A DNA stretch of 34,084 bases from positions 62,001 through 96,084 of the forward strand of contig JADEYG010000006.1 in assembly GCA_016906335.1 (NCBI GenBank), written 5' to 3'. Position 1 is the stretch's first letter; every line of letters begins with the position of its first letter. The position numbers and the translations under genes were made by a program. This document shows positions 24,227-34,084 of the stretch, piece by piece. The notes beneath the pieces were generated by a model. The model saw nothing but the letters and a program-made list of their open reading frames with translations. It did not search any database and was not told the DNA's origin. Source of the DNA: Novakomyces olei (taxonomy: Eukaryota).

Positions 24227-27200
24227 GAAATAAGAAATAAGTAATAAATACCTTTAACTATATTAAATATATTAATATATAATAATTCATAATAAATAAA
24301 TATATTAATTATATATTAAAAATACTAAATATATTAATAATATATCTTATTATTTATTTATATAATATAATATAATATAATATCAAAGTCTTTAAAATAC
24401 ATATAAATATATATATAAATATCAAAGTCTTTAAAATACATATAACATATAACATATACATATAACATATAACATATACATATAACATATAACATATACA
24501 TATAACATATAACATATACGTATATTATACTTAATATTATATTAATTTATAGTTAGTTATAATAGTATTAATAATAATATATAATAATATATGAAATATA
24601 TAATTATTATATACAAATATATAAGATATGAATATATATAAATATATAAATATATTTAATATAATATATTTACTTTACAGTAGGTATATAATATATAATT
24701 AATAATTTAATATTGATAAATATAAATATTAAATAATATAATATAATATATTGCATATATTATATTCACTATATTAAAGTTTATAAAATATAAAAACATT
24801 AGATTTATTTATACATTTATATTATAGTTTATAATATCAAATATCTAAATATAATATATATATCTTATAATATCAAATATCTAAATAATATATATATATA
24901 TTAACTATATAATAGTAACATTTAATATACATATACATATAATATTTAATACTTATATAACATTTAATATACATATAACATTTAATATAAATATTAATAT
25001 CAAAGTCTTTAAAATACATTTAATATACATTTAATATACATATCTACAATATATAATATAGTTTATTTAATAATATAGTATATTTAATAATATAGTATAT
25101 TTAATATAATATATTTTAGTTTATTTAATATATTATTATATTTAATATAATATATAATACTTTTAAAATAAGTATATTACTATTAATAATAACTTATAAA
25201 TAATATTTAATATTAAATATATGGTATTTATTATATAATAAAAAATGTACTATTCTATTAAGTAGGATATATCTATCCTTTGTAATCAATAATGTATAAT
25301 ATTAGTAAAACATTAATATAATCTTGATAAACATAGCATAGCATAGGTAAAAACTTGTTAAATATTAGTATAATATATAAATATATTGATATAGATATAT
25401 AAATATATAAATATATAGGTATAGGTAGATATAGATATATAATATATATATAATAATAATAGATATAGATAGATAGATATAGATAATAATATATAATATA
25501 GATATAGATAATAATATAATAATATATATAAATAATATAATATATAATATAAATAATATAATATATAATATAAATAATATAATATATAATATATATAAGT
25601 ATAATAATATATAAATATAATATCTACTGATATAATAGAATATATATATATATTATATAATAATTATACATAATATAATATCTAGTAATATAATATATTA
25701 CATATATTATATCTAATAATAATAGATAAATATAAAACATTAGATAATATTATACTTAATAATTAATATATATAATATAATAATATACCCTTATAATTAA
25801 TATATTATAATATAATATATCTTATATATATATATAATATCTTATAAATAAATAATATAAGTATAAGTATATAATAATAAGTATATATACATTACTATAA
25901 TAAGTATATACATAAATATATAATAAGATATACATATAATAGATATAAATAATATATTAAATATATAACCAATATATATTAAATATAAATAATATTATAA
26001 TAAATATAATATTACATGTATAATATAATAATATATAAACATATAAATATATAAATATATAAATATAAAGTTTATATGTTAAACATCATTTAACCATACC
26101 TGAACTATAATATTAAAGAATATACAATATATTTATTTATAGTAATAATATTAAAGAATATACAATATATTTATTTATAGTAATAAAATAATTAATTATA
26201 TATATATACAACATATACATATATTAATTTATATATATATACATATTAATTTATATATACATATTAATAAATAATATATTTAATATAATAATATATTCTT
26301 AAATATAAAAGTAATATATATTAAAATAATTAATAATTATAGTTATAATAATAATAATTAATATTATTATAGTAATAATTTAAAGATAATTATAATAAAT
26401 AATATCAAATAATATAATATATGTAATATATTATATCTAATAATAATATATAAAGTATAAAACATTTGTTATTATAATTAATTATATCTATAAATTATAA
26501 ATATATTATTAATAAAATAATAATAATTTATATAAATTATATTTATATATAATATACATATACATATAATATACATAGTTAATATTTTATATACATATAT
26601 AATATCCATAGTTAATATTTTATATACATACTAAATATTTAGTACATATATATAATATAGATATATTTTATATAGATATTAATATATAATATAGATATAT
26701 ATATATATAATATATATAAAGATATAAAGATGTAATATACATATATAAATATAATATAGATATATAAAATATTAAATAAATATATTAAATATAGTATATA
26801 TATTAAATATAAATCTAAATATAATATATTAATATAATCCAGTAAATATAATTCAACCATACTTGAATAATAATATTAAAGAACTTATTAAATATAATAA
26901 TATATTAAACATAATAATTTATTAAATAATATAATATAGATAAATATATAAAATATATTAAATATCATAATTTATATATATAATTATAATTCTAATTGTT
27001 ATAATTATAATTTATATTGTTATTATATAAATTATCCATTAACTATAATTATATAATAAATCTAATAAAATAATATAATATATTGCATATATTATATCTA
27101 ATAATAATAAATAAATATAAAAACATTTGATATTTTATTTATTAATAATATTTATATTTATTAATAATATATAATTTAACTATAAATATATAAATATATA

Positions 27201-28328
27201 ATATAGATATATAAATATGATATATGATATATAATATATATATATATAATATTAAAATAAATATATCTTTTCTATTATTTACAATAGATAAATATATTAA
27301 ATATAATAAATATAAAATAATATAAAATAAATATAAATAAAAAATATAAATAAATTTAAAGTCTTTGATTATATTAATAAGAATCAATATATAATTTAAA
27401 AGATCTTAGATTATATATAATATATATAAATTATAAATTAACATTACCTTTCCTTTATAGTAAATTATAAACTATATTAAATAATATATATTATAATATA
27501 CTTAATATAATATACTTTATATTAAATATTAAATATAATATATTAAATATTTAATATTTAATAATATAATCTAATATAATCTAATATACATATACTTTTA
27601 TATTAAATAAAATAATATAAAGTTAATATCTAATCTAATATATTAAATAAAATAATATAAAGTTAATATATAATATATATAATAATAATGTATATTAAAT
27701 ATATATATATATAATATTTAGATAATATACTTTATCTATAAAGTTAATAAATATAATATCAAATAATATAATATATTGCATATATTATATCTAATAGTTA
27801 TAGATATATGTATAAAAACATTAGATATTTTAATAAAATATATAAATAATATATACAAATATATATATACATATAAATAATATATTTATAAATATAAATA
27901 TAATATCTATAAACTAATAAATATAAAATATAAATAAATTTAAAGTCTTTGATATAATATAAAATATAAATAAATTTAAAGTCTTTGATATAATATTAAT
28001 TATAAATAAATTTAAAGTCTTTGATATAATATTAATAAGAATCTATATATTATTTAAGAAATATTAAATTAGATTTAATATAATAAATAATAATATATAA
28101 TATAATATAATATAATATATTAAATATAATATATATAAGATAATATTAATAGTATAAATAACATTATATAAATATAATATATATATATATTTTAATAAGT
28201 AATAAATAATAAATAATAAATAATAATATATAAATATTAAATATATATAAAGATATAAATATTATTATTCTATAAAGATAGAATGATAGTAGGAGCAAAA
28301 ATAATAACTATAAAAATAATAGTTATGT

Positions 28329-28433
28329 AAATAATTATATAAATAAAAATAATTATATAAATAAAAATAATTATATAAATAAAAATAATTATATAAATAA
28401 AAATAATTATATAAATAAAAATAATTATATAAA
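28329..28433. repeat. ~18-bp tandem repeat (ATAATTATATAAATAAAA) x5-6 bracketed by inverted GGWGCAAAAA motifs
   Basis: Seen directly. Confidence 0.85.
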
Positions 28434-29543
28434 TTTTTTGCACCATAACTTATGTTTATATTAAAACTATATTTTATAGACTCATCATATATTTTATAGA
28501 TTTATCTATTATCATATATATATTAAATATATATATATATTAATTATTTATATTTATAATATTATACTTTATATAATATATTATTAATATATCAAATCAA
28601 ATACTTAATATTTTATACAATATACAATATAACAATATAATATAACAATATATTTAATATTAAATAAAATAATATAATACTTAATATAAGTTAAGTTATA
28701 TATATTATAATATATATAATATATTACATATATTATATCTAATATCTATATAAAGATATATAAAAACATTAGATTTATTTAATTAAATTAAATTAGATTA
28801 ATAACTTATAAAACTATTAATTAAAACTATATTAATATTTTAAAGTTATTATTAAATATAATAATATATAATAATATATAATAATATATAATAATATTTA
28901 ATAATATATAATAATATTTAATATAAGCTTATTATTATATCATAATAATATATTTGATATATATATATATATATATATAATTATTATAATAATATAATAT
29001 ATAATAATAATATATTTAATATAATTATAATATAAGATATATATATAATAATGATAGTAATAATATATAAGTTTATAAAATAATACATATATTAAATATA
29101 TGTATATGTATATAATATAAATATAAATATAAATATTAATAATTAATATATAAATATAAATATAATATTAATATAAATATAAATATAAATTATAGAGATA
29201 TATAATTAAATATATAAATATAAATATAAATATAAATTATAGAGATATATAATTAAATATATAACTTGATATCTGGTGAAAAAAATTTATATCTAAAATT
29301 TTTGCACCTACTTTAATATAACATTTATAATATTTTATTCATTAACTATATACAAATATTTTATTTATTATTTATTAAACTTAATATAAATACTTTATTA
29401 AAACTTAATATAAATACTTAATTAATAATTAACAATGATCAATTTATATAATTATTTATTTTTAAAATAAAATAAAAGTTTTTAAAATAAAATAAAATAA
29501 AATAAAAGTTTTTAAAATAAAATAAAATAAAATACAATAAATA

Positions 29544-29620
29544 CATTATCATTATCATTATCATTATCATTATCATTATGATTATCATTATTATTATCAT
29601 TATGATTATCATTATGATCA
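29544..29620. repeat. (ATTATC/ATTATG)n microsatellite
   Basis: Seen directly; explains the spurious minus-strand poly-Ile/Met ORF. Confidence 0.88.
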
Positions 29621-31409
29621 TATATATAATATATATATATAATTTAATTAAATAATAGGTTTTAAATAAAAATATATATATTATTTATTAATTTTAACAA
29701 TAAATTAAATACAATTACTAATAATTATATTTAATACTAATAAATAAACATTATAGTATTAATTAATCTTTAATTATGGTGCAAAAAAATATTTATTATT
29801 TTTTAATATTATTTATAATAATCATATTATTTATAATAATCATATTATTTATAATACTAAACTAATATCATTAATTATATTAAATATTATCCATTAATTA
29901 TATTAAATCAAATATTATCATTAATTATCATTAATTATATCGAATATATTATAATTATTATATATTTAATATAATATATAATATATAACTTATTTTAAAA
30001 TAAAAGTTTTAATATTTAATAATGGTTTTAATTAATAAATAAAATATAGTAATTTATTTTTTTATAATATTTTAAAGAAGTCTTAGTCTATAATATATTT
30101 AATATTTAATATAATATATTTAATATAATATAATATAATAAAATAAACATTATAGTATTAATTAATCTTTATTTAAAAGCATTAAGTATATTTATAATTA
30201 TAATTATTTTATAATCTTATTAAAATATTATTATTTATTACTATGATCTAATACTAGATATTATTAATATTATTTAATAATATAATATTATCCAATTATT
30301 ATATATAATATAATAATAATAATAATCTATTTAATAATTTAATGATATTATATTTTTACAAACTAAACTAAAATAAAATAAAATAAAATAAAAGTTTTTA
30401 AAATAAAATAAAATAAAATAAAATAAAATAAAATAAAATAAAATAAAAGTTTTTAAAATAAATTAAATTAAATTAAATTAAACTTTAATAAATTTATATT
30501 AATAATTTAAGATATGTTTAAATAAACATTATATTAATAATTTAAGATATGTTTAAATAAACATTATAATATTAATTAGTCTTTATTTAAAAGCATTAAG
30601 TATTTATTTATATTATATATAACTTATATTAAAATTAAAAAGTAGATTATATTAAATATAATATAATATAATATAATAAAGTTTATACAATTATATATAT
30701 ATATTAATATAAATATAAGATATATATTAAACTATAGATAATTTATTAATATTATTGTTAATATATATATTATATTAAATATTAAATATTAAATATATTA
30801 TATGTATATTATATTGTAATTAAATATTATGAAATATTATTAAATATATTATTAAATATTATGTAATATTAAATATTATCATTAAATATATATATATATA
30901 TATATTTAGTATAATATAATATATAATAAACATTAAATATTAATTAATCTTTATATCTGGTGCAAAAAATTTAAAATTTAAATTTTTTATATTATTTATA
31001 TATTACAAACTTTTATATCATATATATAATATATGTAATATATTATATATATCCATTATATCTTTATTTATTGATTGGTTAATATACAATATTATTAAAT
31101 ATACATACATATCTATAATAATAATCTATTATTATATTATTATACTATTTCAATATATATATATATACACATATATATAATATATCTATATTATATAATT
31201 AATATTTTATTTATAAGATTTTATTAAATATATTTATAATTAATTATTTTATATATATTTTTCTATAACTATATAATGGTTTATATTAAATATTATTATT
31301 ATTAAAGATATTATTATTAAGAATATTATTATTAAAAATATTATATAATATTAATTGTTATTATTATTATTATCATTTATTTAATATATTTTAATATGTA
31401 TATATAGAA

Positions 31410-31485
31410 GAGAAATTAGTCAAGTTTGGTTTAAGGCATTATCTTTACACGATAACATACATAGGTTCAAATCCTGTATTTCTCA
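31410..31485 (+). tRNA. trnV: tRNA-Val (UAC)
   Basis: GAGAAAT/ATTTCTC acceptor; TTATC-TTTACAC-GATAA. Confidence 0.93.
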
Positions 31486-31903
31486 AATATTATAGTTAAT
31501 TTTATTAATTATAAATTTATTATAATACTTTAAAATATAATAAATATAATTAATAATTATAATAAATTATAATGTTAAAATAATTAATTAATAATAGTAG
31601 CTTATATTTAAAATTAATATTATATGATATTTTATCATTTAATATTTAATATAAAAGTTATAAATTATATATTATTATTTTATATTATTAAATAAAAATA
31701 TAGAAGGTTTTATAAGTTAATAAAAACAAAACTTATATATTTTAAAATATATATTATAGATATATATATTATTATATTATATTTAATAATATTTAATAAT
31801 AATTATATATTTTATTTAGAAATGTTTAAAATAATAAAGTATAATATATTTATATTTTATTTATAAAACAATTCAATTATTATAAAATTTATAAATAATT
31901 TAA

Positions 31904-32050
31904 ATGCCACAATTAAATCCAGCATATTTTAATAATTTAATTATATTTGGTTTATTATTATTATTATTATTAGTATATATTAGTAGTTATTATATTTTAC
32001 CATCTATTTTAAAATTATATTTAAGTAGAAAATACATTAGCAAATTATAA
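31904..32050 (+). CDS. atp8: ATP synthase F0 subunit 8 (48 aa)
   Basis: MPQLNPAYFNNLIIFG...YILPSILKLYLSRKYISKL; below the ORF-track length cut-off. Confidence 0.97.
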   Translation: MPQLNPAYFNNLIIFGLLLLLLLVYISSYYILPSILKLYLSRKYISKL

Positions 32051-32349
32051 TTAATTTATAATTATTTTAAATAAAATTAATAAAAGATTTAATAAAGTTA
32101 ATATAAATCTTTTTCTATATAATTATTATTATATAATATAATTATAATTATAATATATAATTATAATAATATATAGTTTTTAAATAAATAAAGTTTATAA
32201 AATAAAAGTCAATAATATTATAAAAATATTATTATTATAATAATTATAATAATTATAATAAATATAATTAAATATATAATAATATAAAATATATTATAAT
32301 ATAATATTAGATAATTTTATAAATAAATAAATAAATAATATAAATAAGA

Positions 32350-33150
32350 ATGTCAAATAATATAATAATAAGTTCACCATTAGAACAATTTGAGATAATA
32401 AATTATATAGGAATAGATGCACCAATATTATTTAATCAAAGTTTATATATAACAAATTATAGTTATCATTTAATATTAAGTATAATATTCATAACATTTT
32501 TTAATATGATATATACAAGTAATAATAATAAATATGGATTATATAATCATAATTTAATAAGTAATAAATTAAGTATAGTAAATGAATCAGTATATATGAC
32601 AGCAGAGAACTTAGTTACAGGTCAAATGGGAAATAATAAGAAATATACAATATATTTACCATTAATATATTCATTATTTACATTAATATTAATTGGTAAT
32701 TTTGTAGGTATGATACCATATTCATTTAGTATAAGTTCACATTTAATATTTACATTAGGTATGAGTATAACAATATTAATAGCAGTAACTATAATTGGTT
32801 TTGAAACTCATGGTATAAAATTCTTTTCTTTCTTTGTACCATCTGGTACTCCTTTAGCTTTAGTACCTTTATTAGTTTTAATTGAATTTGTTTCATATAT
32901 TGCTAAAGGTTTAAGTTTAGGTATAAGATTAGGTGGTAATATTATTAGTGGACATTTATTATTACATATTATTAGTGGGTTTATTTTACAATTTATGAAA
33001 TCAGGTATAATTGGTTTCATATTTAGTTTATTACCTTTAACTATTTTAATATTAATGTTTGGTTTAGAATTAGCTATTAGTTATATGCAAGCTTATGTTT
33101 TCGCTATATTAACTAGTATCTATATCTCTGATTCTATTAATTTACACTAA
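32350..33150 (+). CDS. atp6: ATP synthase F0 subunit a (266 aa)
   Basis: SPLEQF after a short propeptide, FVPSGTPLAL, SLGIRLGGNIISGH with the essential Arg, QAYVF. Confidence 0.98.
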   Translation: MSNNIIISSPLEQFEIINYIGIDAPILFNQSLYITNYSYHLILSIIFITFFNMIYTSNNNKYGLYNHNLISNKLSIVNESVYMTAENLVTGQMGNNKKYTIYLPLIYSLFTLILIGNFVGMIPYSFSISSHLIFTLGMSITILIAVTIIGFETHGIKFFSFFVPSGTPLALVPLLVLIEFVSYIAKGLSLGIRLGGNIISGHLLLHIISGFILQFMKSGIIGFIFSLLPLTILILMFGLELAISYMQAYVFAILTSIYISDSINLH

Positions 33151-33495
33151 TTTATTATCTTATTTATTCTCATATATTATTATTATTATTAAAATATACT
33201 AAATATAAATATAAATATTAATATAAATATATATAATATAAATAAATATTATTTAATATTATATTAAATATTAAATATAAAGTTTTTAAAATATATTTAA
33301 ATATAATAATAATATATAATTTATAGATAAATCTATAAAATATTAAATAATATAAAATATATTTTAATATAAAACATTAGATAATATAAAATATATTTTA
33401 ATATAAAATATTAAGTAATATAAAATATATCAAAGTCAATAAAAATAATATCTATTATTTTTAATTTAACTTAACTTGCTAAAAATAGCAAAATA

Positions 33496-33568
33496 GGTAA
33501 TATAGTTAAATAGGTTATAACAATCAATTGTGGTTTGATTATTTACAGTTCAAATCTGTATTTTTACC
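33496..33568 (+). tRNA. trnH: tRNA-His (GUG)
   Basis: ATCAA-TTGTGGT-TTGAT; TACAG-TTCAAAT-CTGTA; GGTAA.../...TTACC ends with an imperfect acceptor stem. Confidence 0.88.
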
Positions 33569-33602
33569 CTTAATAATTATAATAATTATAATAATAATAA
33601 TA

Positions 33603-33643
<41 letters not shown>

Positions 33644-33871
33644 TTAAAATACTATATTATATGATATCATATCATATGATATCATATCATATCATTAAAA
33701 AGTATATTAATATATTAATATATTATAGATAATATATAATAATAATAATAATAATAATAGTTAATATATTTAAATCAAATCAAATCAAATCAATCAAATC
33801 AAATCAAATCAAAGTTTTTATATTATATAATAATAATATATAATAATATATAATAATATTATAATATATTA

Positions 33872-33944
33872 GACCTTATCGTATAACGGTAAATACTTTG
33901 TACCTTCAATGCAAAAATCTCGGTTCAACTCCGAGTAAAGGTTA
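33872..33944 (+). tRNA. trnE: tRNA-Glu (UUC), atypical (C33, bulged acceptor stem)
   Basis: 5' GACCTTATCGT and 3' AAGGTTA resemble fungal mt tRNA-Glu. The stem TTGTA/TGCAA closes loop CCTTCAA, which centres TTC. Confidence 0.78.
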
Positions 33945-34084
33945 TAAATAATAATAATAATAATAATATAATAATAATATTTATATATATATTTTATTTA
34001 TATAAAAGTTTTAGTTATTATAAAAACTTTATTTTTATAAAAAATAAAAGTATAAGCTTGTCTATTTAAATATATATATATATA

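Larger units (their letters stand above)
24227..31409. other. ~7.2 kb gene-free, almost pure A+T region with dispersed and tandem repeats
   Basis: No recognisable CDS, tRNA or intron core on either strand; contains two periodic motif arrays and several microsatellites. Confidence 0.8.

Noticed and set aside
25241-25360. Slightly more complex patch with an AGGATA/TATCCT hairpin
   Set aside because: No tRNA fold, ORF or intron motif recognised on either strand.
25593-25870. ATATAAGTA nonanucleotide (Saccharomyces-type mitochondrial promoter) matches
   Set aside because: Expected by chance in DNA this AT-rich, not positioned directly upstream of genes, and one copy lies inside rnl.
24748-28774. 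CRISPR-like interpretation of the periodic repeats
   Set aside because: Spacers are hundreds of bp and low-complexity, the repeats are degenerate, the context is mitochondrial, and there are no cas genes.
24227-31409. rnpB, rps3 or plasmid-derived polymerase relics in the long spacer
   Set aside because: No GGAAAGTC / ACAnAAnnnnGCUUA P4 pair and no long ORF found by eye. A covariance search is still needed to exclude a very divergent rnpB.
4545-33020. All minus-strand ORFs in the track (4545, 6086, 10534, 14326, 15998, 19547, 22125, 26639, 27142, 29439, 32808)
   Set aside because: Low-complexity I/Y/L/N translations of AT repeats, or antisense shadows of real genes, with no recognisable motifs.
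33895-33915. tRNA-Trp(UCA) reading of the last tRNA
   Set aside because: The stem TTGTA/TGCAA centres TTC, not TCA, and the body resembles fungal mt tRNA-Glu.

Overview
Part of an extremely AT-rich fungal (most likely ascomycete) mitochondrial genome using translation table 4 (TGA=Trp, ATA=Ile). Every gene is on the + strand. Order: trnK, cox2, cob (3 exons, two group ID introns at cob393 and cob429 carrying a GIY-YIG ORF and an exon-fused LAGLIDADG ORF), trnS(GCU), rnl (three group I introns at about L1931, L2504 and L2584, the last with a double-motif LAGLIDADG ORF lacking an upstream ATG), a cluster of 9 tRNAs, atp9, nad4L, nad5, trnR, a ~7.2 kb gene-free region, trnV, atp8, atp6, trnH, trnE. 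The most notable feature is that nad5 is interrupted: the main frame stops at 23663-23665, and the conserved C-terminal ~115 aa continue, open and ATG-less, in another frame. The break lies within a 10-nt direct repeat with a 14-nt period, consistent with translational bypass/frameshift, a split gene with a non-AUG start, or an assembly error. Also seen: a dispersed GGTGCAAAAA...TTTTTGCACC inverted-repeat element family, two regularly spaced motif arrays in the long non-coding region, a 5'-A/3'-T synonymous codon gradient inside genes, and a tRNA-Glu with C33. All coordinates and counts were read by hand.
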